Shown: positions 19,123 through 30,267, counted from the first letter of the stretch. The stretch is 38,974 nucleotides of DNA from Paraglaciecola sp. (GCA_047622205.1 JBLHNW010000001.1:1-38974); one strand, 5' to 3'. Numbers and translations are program-made. The notes: a model not told the origin generated them from the sequence alone.

Positions 19123-19578
19123 CTAGTTTTCTGGTAAATCTACGAGCGTAGGATAAAGAAGATCCGCCTCTGCGATATACTTGGCCATTTCTGCACGCCA
19201 TTCTTTCATGACACTGTTGCTGTAATTAAGATAAAGCTTACCTTCATGGATGGTAAATGCGTCTTCATCGATTCCAACCAAACGGCCATCTGACATGGCG
19301 TAGGCGCAATAGCCACCATACTGTGGTGCGTATTTCTCTGGATCAGCAACAAACATGTCACGATGTGCTTTACTGGCGAAATGCCACAGTGCACCGCGCC
19401 ATTCAAAATTAATCTTCTTGTTGCCTTTTACTGCCTTATTTTCGGTGAAATAGGCGACTGTGTCATATCCGTATATAGCATTATTATTAAATGTGCCGGT
19501 TTCAATGGGATCAGCAGCAAACGCCGTCGAAGCGAGCAGCAGCAAAGTAAATGCGCTGATAATCTTAAGTAGTTTCAT
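19123..19578 (-). CDS. Secreted YHS-domain protein (Cys form of the YHS (seleno)protein family)
   Basis: Signal peptide ending AFA; GYDTVAYF, WHFAS, PEKYAPQYGGYCAYAM, GKLYLNY. Confidence 0.85.
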   Translation of the reverse strand: MKLLKIISAFTLLLLASTAFAADPIETGTFNNNAIYGYDTVAYFTENKAVKGNKKINFEWRGALWHFASKAHRDMFVADPEKYAPQYGGYCAYAMSDGRLVGIDEDAFTIHEGKLYLNYSNSVMKEWRAEMAKYIAEADLLYPTLVDLPEN

Positions 19579-19717
19579 GGTTCTCCATTGAATCAGTTGT
19601 AATTTCATAGTTTAAATTCTCGCTGAAAAGTGTGTTTAAAAGTAACTAGTGTATAAACCGAGTTACCCAGCAGAATATTTCATCACATTTTTATCACAGC
19701 CCAAGCGATAACTGTTT

Positions 19718-20389
19718 TTATCCTAGCCTTTGCTGCAACCATGCGGAGATATCATTCAGTTCCTGCATACAAACATTATGCTGCATTGCATACTCTCGCC
19801 ACTCTACGGGATAGCCATTCTGTTCCAGCACTTTGTATGCTGCATTGCCGAGAAACATTGGTACTACATCGTCTTGCTGACCATGGGCAACCAAAATAGG
19901 CGTGCTGCGATTGGCATCATTAGCCTGGCTAGTTAGGGTCTCAGCTTCAGCCATATATGATGATAACGACATAATGCCAGCGAGTTTCTTGTTGATACGA
20001 GTACCCAAATGCAGGGCGATTACACCGCCTTGAGAAAAACCAGCAAGTACGATTCGGTGAGCAGGAATGCCCCTGGCAATTTCGTTTTCAATCAGTTCTT
20101 CTACTAATGCGGCGGATTCGTATACACCCTTGCTATCAGCTCTGTTGTTGAAATCCAGGGTGGTTATGTCATACCAGGCACGCATCGACATGCCATTATT
20201 AATCGTTACAGAACGCATGGGGGCATGGGGAAAAATAAAACGAATAGCCAATTCATCAGGAATTTTTAGCTCCGGTACAATGGGGGCAAAGCCGTTGCCG
20301 GAATCACCCAAACCATGTAACCAAATAACCACTGCCGTAGCAGGAAGTTTAGGTTCCACTTCAACATAAGGTAGGCTGTGTTCACTCAT
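19718..20389 (-). CDS. Carboxylesterase / phospholipase (alpha/beta hydrolase)
   Basis: WLHGLGDSG, MRAWYDI, GFSQGG nucleophile, HGQQDDVVP, MQHNV. Confidence 0.92.
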   Translation of the reverse strand: MSEHSLPYVEVEPKLPATAVVIWLHGLGDSGNGFAPIVPELKIPDELAIRFIFPHAPMRSVTINNGMSMRAWYDITTLDFNNRADSKGVYESAALVEELIENEIARGIPAHRIVLAGFSQGGVIALHLGTRINKKLAGIMSLSSYMAEAETLTSQANDANRSTPILVAHGQQDDVVPMFLGNAAYKVLEQNGYPVEWREYAMQHNVCMQELNDISAWLQQRLG

Positions 20390-20414
20390 CAGATAGGTCT
20401 CGTGTAATTAGTTA

Positions 20415-20738
20415 TTATTCTGGGCGGATCAATGAAACGGCCTGTTCGGCCTGTTTACTGGCGGCTTCGTTAATGAAAGACCAAAATTCCACACCGGTTC
20501 GTTCGTCTATCCAAACATCATTCTGGAAATTGAAATGGTGCCCGTTAAATTTAGTAGCCACCCATATTTGATGTAAAGGGGGTTGTTTATTAATAATGAT
20601 TTTCGAGCCATTTTCAAATGTCAAAGTTAAGATACTACTGGCGGATTCATAATCGATATCCACTTCGCATTCATCTAACATTTCTTCCAATGTTATTAAT
20701 ACATCATCAACCATTTGATGATACTGACTATCGTTCAT
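20415..20738 (-). CDS. cyaY: Frataxin-like iron donor CyaY
   Basis: [45 protein letters not shown]. Confidence 0.96.
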   Translation of the reverse strand: MNDSQYHQMVDDVLITLEEMLDECEVDIDYESASSILTLTFENGSKIIINKQPPLHQIWVATKFNGHHFNFQNDVWIDERTGVEFWSFINEAASKQAEQAVSLIRPE

Positions 20739-20879
20739 GTTACCTCACAAGTTCAGCTGTGGTGGATGAAACAAAATCACCCAATGAGCATCTAATACGG
20801 ATATGCTAACATTGCCTGACAACGGCAACACTTATTTTATCTAACCTTAACTCAATCAAAAGAATATATATAAAAAGAT

Positions 20880-21527
20880 ATGGCACAAACACTCGGTAAC
20901 TTATTTATACTCGCGGCACCATCCGGTGCAGGTAAATCAAGCCTAATAAAAGCACTGCTAGAAAAACACCAGGACACTAACGTTCATAATAACGCCATGC
21001 AGGTGTCCGTATCTCACACCACTCGTGCTCCCAGAACGGGTGAAATTGAAGGCTTACATTATCATTTTGTTGAGCGAGAGGAATTTCAAGCCCTTATAGC
21101 CCAAGATGCGTTTTTTGAGTGGGCAGAAGTATTCGGTAATTTCTACGGCACTTCAAAAGTTGTTATTGAACAAACTCTGCGTCAGGGCGTTGATGTGTTT
21201 TTAGATATTGACTGGCAAGGTGCTAGACAGGTCAAAGCGCAAATTCCTGATACTGCGACCATATTTGTTGCTCCGCCCTCCAGGCAAGAGCTACAACGCC
21301 GTTTAACCGAAAGAGGGCAAGATTCAGCGCCTGTGATTGCTCAGCGCATGACCAAAGCGGTAGCGGAAATATCACATTATCACGAGTTTGATTTTATCGT
21401 GGTTAATGACAATTTTGATGCGGCCTTAGCTGAACTTGACGCGATTGTTATTGGTCGTCGCCTACGGAAAGAAAAGCAGGTAATCCGCCATCAGAGCCTG
21501 TTTGATGATTTATTGTCGGAAAATTAG
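20880..21527 (+). CDS. gmk: Guanylate kinase
   Basis: [36 protein letters not shown]. Confidence 0.98.
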   Translation: MAQTLGNLFILAAPSGAGKSSLIKALLEKHQDTNVHNNAMQVSVSHTTRAPRTGEIEGLHYHFVEREEFQALIAQDAFFEWAEVFGNFYGTSKVVIEQTLRQGVDVFLDIDWQGARQVKAQIPDTATIFVAPPSRQELQRRLTERGQDSAPVIAQRMTKAVAEISHYHEFDFIVVNDNFDAALAELDAIVIGRRLRKEKQVIRHQSLFDDLLSEN

Positions 21528-21614
21528 CCTAATATCATTAAAGATCTTTGCTATCAGACAGATTACAAGTAAACTACGCGACCTTTTTTCATATAACACC
21601 CGACGGAGATCATA

Positions 21615-21887
21615 ATGGCTCGCGTAACAGTTGAAGATGCTGTAAATAAAATTGGCAATCGTTTTGACTTGGTATTGGTTGCCGCACGTCGTGCTCGCCA
21701 GCTTGCGATTGAAGGCAAAGAGCCGCACGTTCCGGCCGGAACTGATAAGCCTACAGTCTTGGCATTGCGAGAAATAGAGCAAGGTTTCGTGACTGCAGCA
21801 ACAATTGAAGCGGGTGACATTCGCGATCAACATGAGCAAGATCGCGCTGAGTTTGCCTCTGTAACTAGCATCCTTTCAGAACAGTAA
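21615..21887 (+). CDS. rpoZ: RNA polymerase omega subunit
   Basis: [10 protein letters not shown]...[16 protein letters not shown]...[14 protein letters not shown]. Confidence 0.98.
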   Translation: MARVTVEDAVNKIGNRFDLVLVAARRARQLAIEGKEPHVPAGTDKPTVLALREIEQGFVTAATIEAGDIRDQHEQDRAEFASVTSILSEQ

Positions 21888-21994
21888 AATACCTCCTTTC
21901 TAACGGCTTTTGATCTATCTGATTTTTAGCCGTTGGCTTCCTGCCAATTTACCCGTATTCTTAAGTAATCCACTAGTCGAAAATAGCGTACAAC

Positions 21995-24109
21995 GTGTAT
22001 CTTTTTGAGGGTTTAAAACAAAAACTAGAAGCTTATCTGCCCCCTGAGAAGGTAGCAGAAACTGAGCGCGCGTTTGTGGTTGCCCGTAATGCTCACAGTG
22101 GGCAAATGCGTTCGAGCGGCGATCCATACATTACCCATCCAGTAGCTGTGGCCGGTATTTTGGCCGATATGAATCTCGATCACGAAACTTTAATGGCGGC
22201 TTTACTACATGATGTCATTGAAGATACTCATCATAGTAAAGAAGATCTTAGTGAAGAATTCGGTTCGATCGTCGGTGAGCTAGTTGAAGGCGTGAGCAAG
22301 CTGGACAAAATCCACTTCAGTAACAAACAAGAAGCCCAGGCAGAAAATTTTCGTAAAATGATGATGGCAATGGTCAAGGACATTCGGGTGATTCTGATCA
22401 AACTTGCCGACCGCACTCACAATATGCGCACATTGGGGTCATTGCGGCCTGATAAGCGTCGACGGATCGCCAGAGAAACCCTCGAAATATACGCGCCTAT
22501 TGCTCATCGATTAGGTATTCATGAAATTAAAAATGAGTTGGAAGATTTAGGTTTTCTAGCGATGTATCCCATGCGTTATCGAGCGCTTAAAGGGGCGGTG
22601 AAACAAGCACGTGGAAATCGTAAAGAAATCATCGAAAATACCCGTAAGGAAGTAGAAACACGTCTTGCTGCTTTGAAAATTAATGCGGTCACAACCGGAC
22701 GCGAAAAGCATCTTTATTCGATTTATCACAAGATGAAAAATAAGGAATTGATGTTCAATGAAGTGATGGACATTTACGCTTTTAGAGTCGTGGTTGACAG
22801 TGTTGATCATTGTTATCGAGCACTAGGTGCAATGCATGGTTTATATAAACCCATAGAGAGCCGCTTTAAAGACTATATCGCCATACCGCGCACCAATGGT
22901 TACCAGTCCCTGCATACTTCGCTTATCGGCCCTCATGGCATTCCGGTTGAGATCCAAATACGTACCGATGGCATGGACCAAATGGCCGACAAGGGGGTAG
23001 CTGCCCATTGGGTATATAAAGATGACGTTGATAACAACGACACGACAGCACAAGTTAGGGCGCATAAATGGATGCAATCACTGATTGAGTTGCAACAAAG
23101 CGCCAGCTCATCTTTTGAATTTATTGAAAATGTCAAAACCGATCTATTTCCAGATGAAATTTATGTGTTTACTCCAGATGGTCGAATTATCGAGTTGCCA
23201 ATGGACGCTACCGCAGTAGATTTTGCATACGCAGTGCATACCGACGTGGGGAATTCCTGTGTAGGGGTAAAAGTTGAAAGACGAAATTTCTCCCTGAGCA
23301 AACCTCTAGAAAATGGACAGACAGTCGAAATTATTACGTCTCCCAGAGCTAAACCTAATGCTAACTGGCTTAATTTTGTGGTGAGCGCACGTGCGCGAAC
23401 CCATATCCGCCAATATCTGAAGAAACAGCGCTCAGAAGAGGCAATTGTGATGGGTAATCGATTATTGCGTCATGCGCTGGGAACCACTAAGTTAGACGAT
23501 ATTCCGCAGCAAGACATTGATCGTGTCGTGCAGGAAACCAAACACGAGAATTTCTCTGCATTGTTGACTGATATTGGCCTTGGCAACGAGTTAAGCGCCA
23601 TTGTTGGAAGACGCTTATTAGGTGAGCTAACAGAAATACCGGATAAAAACCGAAAAGTCGCTATCAAAGGCACAGAAGGTCTTTTAGTTTCTTATTCTCG
23701 ATGTTGCCACCCAATTCCAGGTGACGAGATCGTAGCCGTCCTAAGTCCAGGGCGCGGCATGGTTATCCATCAAACTGGTTGCAGTAATATCCGTAAACTG
23801 AGTAAAGAAGAACCGCAGCGTATTATGGTAATGCAGTGGGACGATGAGCCAAATGGTGACTTTCGTGCCACTTTGCGTATCGAGCTAATTAATCATCAGG
23901 GTACATTAGCGACCCTAACCAATACTGTGGCATCCTGTGGTTCGAATATTGTTGCACTGCAAACTGAAGAAAAAGAGAGCAACGTTTACTATATTGATAT
24001 AGAGATAACTACAGTAAATAGACTGCAACTGGCTAATGTGATGCGCAGAATACGCGGCATGCCGGAAGTTCAAAAGGTGTCACGCCATAGTCAATCCAAA
24101 AAACACTAA
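21995..24109 (+). CDS. spoT: Bifunctional (p)ppGpp synthetase/hydrolase
   Basis: Intact HD hydrolase (LLHDVIED), IKLADRTHN, synthetase YQSLHT/EIQIRT, TGS and ACT domains; follows rpoZ; GTG start. Confidence 0.97.
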   Translation: MYLFEGLKQKLEAYLPPEKVAETERAFVVARNAHSGQMRSSGDPYITHPVAVAGILADMNLDHETLMAALLHDVIEDTHHSKEDLSEEFGSIVGELVEGVSKLDKIHFSNKQEAQAENFRKMMMAMVKDIRVILIKLADRTHNMRTLGSLRPDKRRRIARETLEIYAPIAHRLGIHEIKNELEDLGFLAMYPMRYRALKGAVKQARGNRKEIIENTRKEVETRLAALKINAVTTGREKHLYSIYHKMKNKELMFNEVMDIYAFRVVVDSVDHCYRALGAMHGLYKPIESRFKDYIAIPRTNGYQSLHTSLIGPHGIPVEIQIRTDGMDQMADKGVAAHWVYKDDVDNNDTTAQVRAHKWMQSLIELQQSASSSFEFIENVKTDLFPDEIYVFTPDGRIIELPMDATAVDFAYAVHTDVGNSCVGVKVERRNFSLSKPLENGQTVEIITSPRAKPNANWLNFVVSARARTHIRQYLKKQRSEEAIVMGNRLLRHALGTTKLDDIPQQDIDRVVQETKHENFSALLTDIGLGNELSAIVGRRLLGELTEIPDKNRKVAIKGTEGLLVSYSRCCHPIPGDEIVAVLSPGRGMVIHQTGCSNIRKLSKEEPQRIMVMQWDDEPNGDFRATLRIELINHQGTLATLTNTVASCGSNIVALQTEEKESNVYYIDIEITTVNRLQLANVMRRIRGMPEVQKVSRHSQSKKH

Positions 24110-24147
24110 AGCGTATTTTTCAAAGATTAAATAAGGAAAAATTAATT

Positions 24148-24534
24148 ATGTCTAAGTCCGTCATTCATACAGACAGGGCGCCTCAAGCTATCGGTACATA
24201 TAGTCAGGCGATTAAATCCGGTACTACTGTGTATTTATCGGGTCAAATTCCATTAGTTGCGGAAACTATGGAGATGGTGTCAGAAGATTTTGCCCAGCAA
24301 GCGCAACAAGTATTTCGCAACCTACAGGCTGTATGTGAAGCTGCTGGTGGTACCTGTAATGATTTAGTTAAAGTGAATATTTTTCTAACGGATCTTTCTA
24401 AGTTTGCCACTGTAAATGAAATCATGAGCCAGTATTTTACTCTGCCCTATCCTGCCCGTGCGGCAGTTCAGGTTAGTGCCCTGCCTAAAGGTGCACAAAT
24501 TGAAATAGATGGTGTAATGGAATTACCCGAGTAA
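24148..24534 (+). CDS. ridA: RidA enamine/imine deaminase
   Basis: [40 protein letters not shown]; position after spoT. Confidence 0.88.
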   Translation: MSKSVIHTDRAPQAIGTYSQAIKSGTTVYLSGQIPLVAETMEMVSEDFAQQAQQVFRNLQAVCEAAGGTCNDLVKVNIFLTDLSKFATVNEIMSQYFTLPYPARAAVQVSALPKGAQIEIDGVMELPE

Positions 24535-24567
24535 ATAATCTGAGTTGGGATTACCAGAGGACCCCAG

Positions 24568-25299
24568 ATGGCAGCAGAAGCTAACATGTCAATTGAACGT
24601 TACCAGCGTATTAGAACGCTGCTTGCTAGACGTCAACCGAGTTTGACGGTGTGCATGGAAGAAGTACACAAACCGCACAATGTGTCGGCCGTTGTGCGCA
24701 GTTGTGATGCCGTGGGCGTACACCGGGTGCATGCCGTGTGGGATAAAAAAACCAAGCTACGCAGAAGTACTGCCGTAGGTAGTCAAAACTGGGTGTACAC
24801 CGATGTTCACGCGAACATTGAAGATGCCATTAGCCATTTAAAGCAGCAAAACATGCAGGTATTGGTCACCCATCTATCCGAAGATGCCATAGACTTTCGA
24901 GAAATTGATTACACCCGGCCAACGGCAATTATTCTTGGACAGGAAAAACATGGGGCAACGGGTCGGGCTATTGAATTGGCCGACAAAAACATCGTAATCC
25001 CGATGGTTGGCATGGTGCAATCATTGAACGTGTCAGTAGCCGCGGCTTTGGTGTTGTATGAAGCCCAGCGACAACGGCAGCAAGCGGGGATGTATGATCA
25101 ACAACAGTTATCTGAAGAAGAATGCCAGCGCATGTTGTTTGAAGGTGGATTTCCAATGTTCAAAGATATGTGTGAGCGTAAAAATATTCCTTATCCACAT
25201 ATTAACGCACGAGGAGAAATCGTTGCGGATGAAAGCTGGTGGCTGAGGATGCAATTGACCAAAAAAGGCCATAGGAAACTTGAAAATACCCCTGGCTAA
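24568..25299 (+). CDS. trmH: tRNA (guanosine-18-2'-O)-methyltransferase
   Basis: RRQPSLTV, HKPHNVSAVVRSCDAVG, GQEKHG, IPMVGMVQSLNVSVA, EAQRQR. Start may be 24586. Confidence 0.95.
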   Translation: MAAEANMSIERYQRIRTLLARRQPSLTVCMEEVHKPHNVSAVVRSCDAVGVHRVHAVWDKKTKLRRSTAVGSQNWVYTDVHANIEDAISHLKQQNMQVLVTHLSEDAIDFREIDYTRPTAIILGQEKHGATGRAIELADKNIVIPMVGMVQSLNVSVAAALVLYEAQRQRQQAGMYDQQQLSEEECQRMLFEGGFPMFKDMCERKNIPYPHINARGEIVADESWWLRMQLTKKGHRKLENTPG

Positions 25300-25405
25300 T
25301 TTAATCGCTTAGGGAGTATGGCTATATGCTGTGAAATATTTACTGCACGCGTCGGGACACCAATACCTTATTTACTCATCCAACAAACAACCAAAAGAGA
25401 ATTAC

Positions 25406-26035
25406 ATGAAATACTTGTTACTGATTGCCACACTTACACTAGGTGTTTGCTTTTCATCATTTGCCCTAGACAGAACCCAAATAGCCGACGATGCTGAAGA
25501 TGTAACACCCCTTTTGATTGGTCAAAAAATTCCCAACAGCACATTGCAGACGGTAGATGGTGATCCCGTGAGCCTTAAAGCTTTAACCATGCAAAAACCT
25601 ACAGTGCTTATATTCTATCGAGGCGGTTGGTGTCCTTATTGCAACCGACAGTTAGCAGGGTTGAAAGATATCGAGCTTGAATTAACTGAATTGGGCTATC
25701 AAATCCTCGCCATTTCTCCTGAGACTCCTGAACAGTTGCAGGAACAAAAGCTCCAGAGCAAATTTGCCGTACAGCTGCTTTCCGATCCTGGATTAGAGGC
25801 CATTAGTGGTTTTGGTATTGGTTTTTATTTACCTCTGATCACAGAAAAACTTTATGAGACAAAAATGGGAATCACCCTGACGGATGATAAAGGCTCGGGC
25901 AAAGCGGTGTTGCCAGCACCCGCGGTATTTATTCTTGATCAAAAGGGTATGGTTAAATTTTCTTATGTCAGCCCAAACTACAAAATACGTATGTCACCAG
26001 AATTACTGGTTCAGGCGGCTAAGTACTCCTTATAA
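25406..26035 (+). CDS. Secreted AhpC/TSA peroxiredoxin-like protein (copy 1)
   Basis: Signal peptide ending SFA; FYRGGWCPYCNRQL, AISPE, LPAPAVFI, YKIR. ATG 25406 preferred. Confidence 0.87.
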   Translation: MKYLLLIATLTLGVCFSSFALDRTQIADDAEDVTPLLIGQKIPNSTLQTVDGDPVSLKALTMQKPTVLIFYRGGWCPYCNRQLAGLKDIELELTELGYQILAISPETPEQLQEQKLQSKFAVQLLSDPGLEAISGFGIGFYLPLITEKLYETKMGITLTDDKGSGKAVLPAPAVFILDQKGMVKFSYVSPNYKIRMSPELLVQAAKYSL

Positions 26036-26111
26036 ATACGCTGAAATACCGAGTTGAGGTTTTTCAGTTGGGTATTCTCTTGCAGATCGCGGCAAATTCT
26101 CCGAAGATTTA

Positions 26112-26271
26112 TATGCCCAATCATCTCAATAAATGACGGATTCAGAGCTACCCGGGGACTTCAATTTAAGGCGACCCCTTGAAAGAATGTCATCTACCTT
26201 TTGAAAGGGAACAACGCCGCGTAAATGGCTTTAAATTCCCGCTGAAACGCGAATTTTGAGGTAGTATGGTA
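26112..26271. mobile_element. MITE-like intergenic repeat (~160 bp) with imperfect terminal inverted repeats
   Basis: Left end TGCCCAATCATCTCAATAAATGACGGATTCAG versus reverse complement of right end TACCATACTACCTCAAAATTCGCGTTTCAG; internal GGCG/CGCC stem; TA-rich ends. Confidence 0.55.
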
Positions 26272-26301
26272 ATGAGTACTATTTATAACGGAGATATAAT
26301 T

Positions 26302-26943
26302 GTGAGTAAGTTATCAAAAATCTTACCCTTTTTACTGTCATTTCTCGTCATATTGTTTTTTAGCACTAGTGTTCACAGTGAAACAAAAATCGCTGCAACA
26401 GCTGAGCAGGTCTCTCCGTTATTAAACGGTCAGTTTATACCGGATGTAATAGTGCAAACCGAGTTTGGCAAAGATATTAGTTTAAAAGGACTGGTCGAAA
26501 GTAAACCCAGCGTGGTGATTTTTTATCGCGGTGGTTGGTGCCCCTATTGCAATCGTCAGATGAAAGGTTTGCTCGAAGTAGAACAGCGCATTATAGATTT
26601 GGGCTATCAGATTATTGCTATCTCCCCAGAAGCACCTGAGCGCTTGCAAGCACAAAAAACGGGGACGAGTTTCGATGTGGTACGCTTATCTGACAATGGC
26701 TTAAATGCGATTAGAGCCTTCGGTTTAGGGTATTTTTTAGATGAGAAAACCGCTAATCAATACCGGAATAAACTAGGTGCCAAGTTGGTAACTTTGGGAG
26801 GCTCTAAAAAAGTCGTACTGCCGGTGCCTGCTGTATATATTTTTGATACCAGTGGTTTAGTACAATTTCAGTATGTTAATCCTAATCACCGGGTAAGAGT
26901 GTCGCCGCAACTTCTGTTTTACGCAGCACAAATTGCCAATTAA
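26302..26943 (+). CDS. Secreted AhpC/TSA peroxiredoxin-like protein (copy 2)
   Basis: GGAG RBS and GTG 26302; signal peptide; FYRGGWCPYCNRQM, AISPE, LPVPAVYI; paralog of the preceding gene. Confidence 0.87.
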   Translation: MSKLSKILPFLLSFLVILFFSTSVHSETKIAATAEQVSPLLNGQFIPDVIVQTEFGKDISLKGLVESKPSVVIFYRGGWCPYCNRQMKGLLEVEQRIIDLGYQIIAISPEAPERLQAQKTGTSFDVVRLSDNGLNAIRAFGLGYFLDEKTANQYRNKLGAKLVTLGGSKKVVLPVPAVYIFDTSGLVQFQYVNPNHRVRVSPQLLFYAAQIAN

Positions 26944-26984
26944 GGAGCACCACAGATCGTTTTTTTAAGGGCACAGTTAAACTC

Positions 26985-29060
26985 ATGCGCGGATTAGCTC
27001 ATACCCCTGTCACTGAGCTAAAGGGCGTGGGCAGTAAGGTCGCAGAAAAACTTACCAAACTGGGTCTGGTGACAGTTCAGGATTTGTTGTTCCATCTGCC
27101 CCATCGTTATGAAGATAGAACTCGAGTGTATCCGATTAACGAGTTGCTACCTCATTTGCATACAAGTATTGAAGGGGAGGTCATGTCTTGTGATGTGCAG
27201 TTTGGCCGTAAACGCATGTTGGTAGTGCGTCTCAGCGACGGAACCGGCACGGTCACTTTACGTTTTTTTCACTTCAGCGCGGCGCAAAAAAACAGTTTGG
27301 AGATAGGCGCGCATATTCGTTGTTTTGGCGAAATCAAAGCAGGTAAATACGGTTTTGAGATCATGCACCCCGAATACAAAGCCATTAACCCAGACCAATC
27401 CAGTAAAATGGCAGAATCTCTGACACCAGTTTATCCTGCCACTGAAGGTATAAAACAAATTACCCTGCGTAACCTGACTGAGCAAGCTCTGGCATTATTA
27501 GCGAAAGGGGGCTTGGCCGAATTACTGCCAGATGGTTTGTACCCACAACAAGTTGGTTTAGTTGAGTCGCTCAATTTGGTGCATAGACCTCCTCCGGATG
27601 TAACCCTGGATTTGTTAGAGCAAGGTAAACATCCAGCACAACAACGACTGGTTGTGGAGGAGTTATTGGCCCACCATTTAAGTGTTTTAAAGGTTCGTCA
27701 GCAAAATGCCCAACAACCCAGTTTTGTAATAAAACCCGCAGCAAAATTACTCACCGGTTTGACTGACAGTCTGGCGTTTCAGCTAACCGGTGCTCAGCAG
27801 CGCGTAACTCAGGATATTCATAAAGATCTACTGCAAAATCACCCCATGATGCGTTTGATACAAGGGGACGTTGGCTCTGGTAAAACTCTGGTCGCAGCTA
27901 TGGCAGCATTATCTGCCATAGGAGCGGGTTATCAGGTGGCAATGATGTCTCCAACTGAACTGCTGGCAGAACAGCATTTGCTTAACTTCCAAACTTGGTT
28001 TGCGCCTTTGGGGATCAAGGTTGGTTGGCTAGCGGGAAAATCAAAAGGGAAGGTACGAGAGCAAACACTTGTTGACCTTGCTAGCGGTGAAATACAGATG
28101 CTGCTGGGAACCCATGCAATATTTCAAGAAGCGGTTGAATATAAGACCTTAGCTTTGGTGATTGTCGATGAGCAACATCGTTTTGGTGTACATCAGCGAC
28201 TAGCTTTACGTGAAAAGGGTGAAAAACAAGGCGCCTTTCCCCACCAATTGATTATGACCGCTACTCCCATTCCGCGCACATTAGCCATGACTGCCTATGC
28301 AGATCTTGACACATCGGTCATTGATGAATTGCCTCCTGGGCGCAAACCCGTAACCACAGTTGTAGTGCCAGACACCCGCAGAGGGGAAGTTATAGAGCGG
28401 GTGCGTAACGTGAGCATTGAACAAGGACGACAAACTTATTGGGTGTGTACCTTAATTGAGGAGTCTGAAATGTTGCAATGTCAGGCTGCGGAAGATACCG
28501 CTATCGCTCTGCGAACTGCGTTGCCAGAACTCACAGTGGGTTTGGTGCACGGGCGTTTAAAAAGTAAAGAAAAACAGCAGCTAATGGAGGACTTTAAAAA
28601 AGGAAGTGTCGATTTACTGGTCGCCACTACGGTGATTGAAGTTGGGGTCGATGTTCCTAATGCCAGTTTGATGATCATAGAAAACCCTGAGCGTTTAGGG
28701 CTTGCCCAGTTGCATCAATTACGGGGACGGGTAGGGCGCGGCTCAGTTGAAAGTCACTGTGTGTTGATGTATCAAAGTCCGCTGTCCAAAACAGCCAGCA
28801 AGCGATTATCTGTTTTGCGGAGATCCCATGACGGTTTTTATATTGCTCAACAAGATCTGGAAATTCGTGGCCCAGGAGAACTGCTAGGCACTAAACAAAC
28901 CGGATTAGCCGACTTGAAAATTGCTGATTTAATCCGAGACGCTGAGTTAATCCCGCAAATACAACAAATTGCTACGCACCTATGGGAACGTTATCCATCA
29001 AATGCTCAGGCGATTATTAATCGTTGGTTAGGTCATAGAGAGCATTATGGTCATGCATGA
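26985..29060 (+). CDS. recG: ATP-dependent DNA helicase RecG
   Basis: LPHRYEDR, QGDVGSGKT, VDEQHRFG, MTATPIPRTL, TTVIEVGVDVPNA, QLHQLRGRVGRG, DLEIRGPGE. Confidence 0.98.
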   Translation: MRGLAHTPVTELKGVGSKVAEKLTKLGLVTVQDLLFHLPHRYEDRTRVYPINELLPHLHTSIEGEVMSCDVQFGRKRMLVVRLSDGTGTVTLRFFHFSAAQKNSLEIGAHIRCFGEIKAGKYGFEIMHPEYKAINPDQSSKMAESLTPVYPATEGIKQITLRNLTEQALALLAKGGLAELLPDGLYPQQVGLVESLNLVHRPPPDVTLDLLEQGKHPAQQRLVVEELLAHHLSVLKVRQQNAQQPSFVIKPAAKLLTGLTDSLAFQLTGAQQRVTQDIHKDLLQNHPMMRLIQGDVGSGKTLVAAMAALSAIGAGYQVAMMSPTELLAEQHLLNFQTWFAPLGIKVGWLAGKSKGKVREQTLVDLASGEIQMLLGTHAIFQEAVEYKTLALVIVDEQHRFGVHQRLALREKGEKQGAFPHQLIMTATPIPRTLAMTAYADLDTSVIDELPPGRKPVTTVVVPDTRRGEVIERVRNVSIEQGRQTYWVCTLIEESEMLQCQAAEDTAIALRTALPELTVGLVHGRLKSKEKQQLMEDFKKGSVDLLVATTVIEVGVDVPNASLMIIENPERLGLAQLHQLRGRVGRGSVESHCVLMYQSPLSKTASKRLSVLRRSHDGFYIAQQDLEIRGPGELLGTKQTGLADLKIADLIRDAELIPQIQQIATHLWERYPSNAQAIINRWLGHREHYGHA

Positions 29061-29823
29061 CCAACTAGTGGTGACGACTGCCGCTAATGCGAGCGAGAAT
29101 GTCGTTAATCAAGCCAGGCAAACCGCGCAAAAATGGCATTTACCCTATGTGCCAGCAGCCGACTCAGGTCTGGTACTACTTCAGTCCGAATCCCATCTGG
29201 AATTACGCCAATTAGATGAGCCCAAGGTCGGTGCCGTGTTAGTCGACTTTGCTTCAGATGCATTAACCTTTAGGCGTTTACATGGCGGAAAAAAAGAAGC
29301 CATTATCAAGGCCGTGGGACTTAAAGGTAAAACTGCTTTAAGTGTGTTAGACGCGACCGCAGGTTTGGGCCGAGATGCTTTTGTGTTGGCTAATTCAGGC
29401 TGCGTTGTTGACATGATTGAACGTTCACCGGTAGTCGCAGCGTTGTTGGATGACGGTTTAAAAAGGGCCGCGCTAGATCCTGAACTGAGCAACTGGGTGC
29501 CCCAGCGCATGCGTCTATTTCACGGCATAAGTTATCAATTATTATCAACATGGCATTATGAACAGCCGGATGTGATCTACCTTGATCCGATGTTTCCCCA
29601 TCGCAAAAAAAGTGCTTTGGTGAAAAAAGAAATGCGCCTGTTTCAACAATTATTAGGACCAGACGAAGATGCCGATTTATTACTTAAACCCGCCTTGGTT
29701 CTGGCTAAAAAACGTGTGGTGGTTAAGCGCCCCGAAAACGCAGGGTATTTAAATGAACAAAAACCAGACATGTCGATTGTGAGTAAAAAGCATCGTTTTG
29801 ATGTGTATTTGAAAATCATTTAA
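29047..29823 (+). CDS. rsmJ: 16S rRNA m2G1516 methyltransferase
   Basis: VDF...RRLHGG, KAVG, LDATAGLGRDAFVLA, IERSP, YLDPMFP, SALVKKEM, RVVVKRP, RFDVY. Start 29047 or 29053. Confidence 0.93.
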   Translation: MVMHDQLVVTTAANASENVVNQARQTAQKWHLPYVPAADSGLVLLQSESHLELRQLDEPKVGAVLVDFASDALTFRRLHGGKKEAIIKAVGLKGKTALSVLDATAGLGRDAFVLANSGCVVDMIERSPVVAALLDDGLKRAALDPELSNWVPQRMRLFHGISYQLLSTWHYEQPDVIYLDPMFPHRKKSALVKKEMRLFQQLLGPDEDADLLLKPALVLAKKRVVVKRPENAGYLNEQKPDMSIVSKKHRFDVYLKII

Positions 29824-29834
29824 AGGAAGCTGAT

Positions 29835-30236
29835 ATGACAAAAATAATTAGTAACATTAGTTTGTTAGTAAACGATTATGATGAGGCTATCGATTTTTAT
29901 GTCAACAAACTTGGCTTTGCTCTGTTATGTGATGTGCCAGTTACTAATGAGCAACGATGGGTAAGAATATCAGCTGTAAAAAACGCGGCTAACAACACGG
30001 CTTTGGTCTTATGTAAAGCGAGTGTCGAGCAAAGAAATTTGGTTGGCAAGCAAGCCGGTGACGGGGTGTTTCTTTTTTTACAAACTGACGACTTTTGGAC
30101 TGACTATCACAAGATGCAAGTAGCCGGAGTGGAGTTTTTAGAATCACAACCCAGAGAAGAAGTGTACGCCACGGTTATTGTGTTTTTTGATCTCTATGGC
30201 AATAAGTGGGATTTACTGCAGCCCAAAATCCTGTGA
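29835..30236 (+). CDS. VOC/glyoxalase-family protein
   Basis: LLVNDYDEAIDFY, RWV, GKQAGDGVFLFLQTDDF, PREEVYATV, DLYGNKWDL. Confidence 0.88.
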   Translation: MTKIISNISLLVNDYDEAIDFYVNKLGFALLCDVPVTNEQRWVRISAVKNAANNTALVLCKASVEQRNLVGKQAGDGVFLFLQTDDFWTDYHKMQVAGVEFLESQPREEVYATVIVFFDLYGNKWDLLQPKIL

Positions 30237-30267
30237 CTAAGTTACTTAACTCTTAATGGAGAAGATA

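Noticed and set aside
19123-19578. Selenoprotein
   Set aside because: The relevant position is Cys (GGYCAY) and there is no in-frame TGA.
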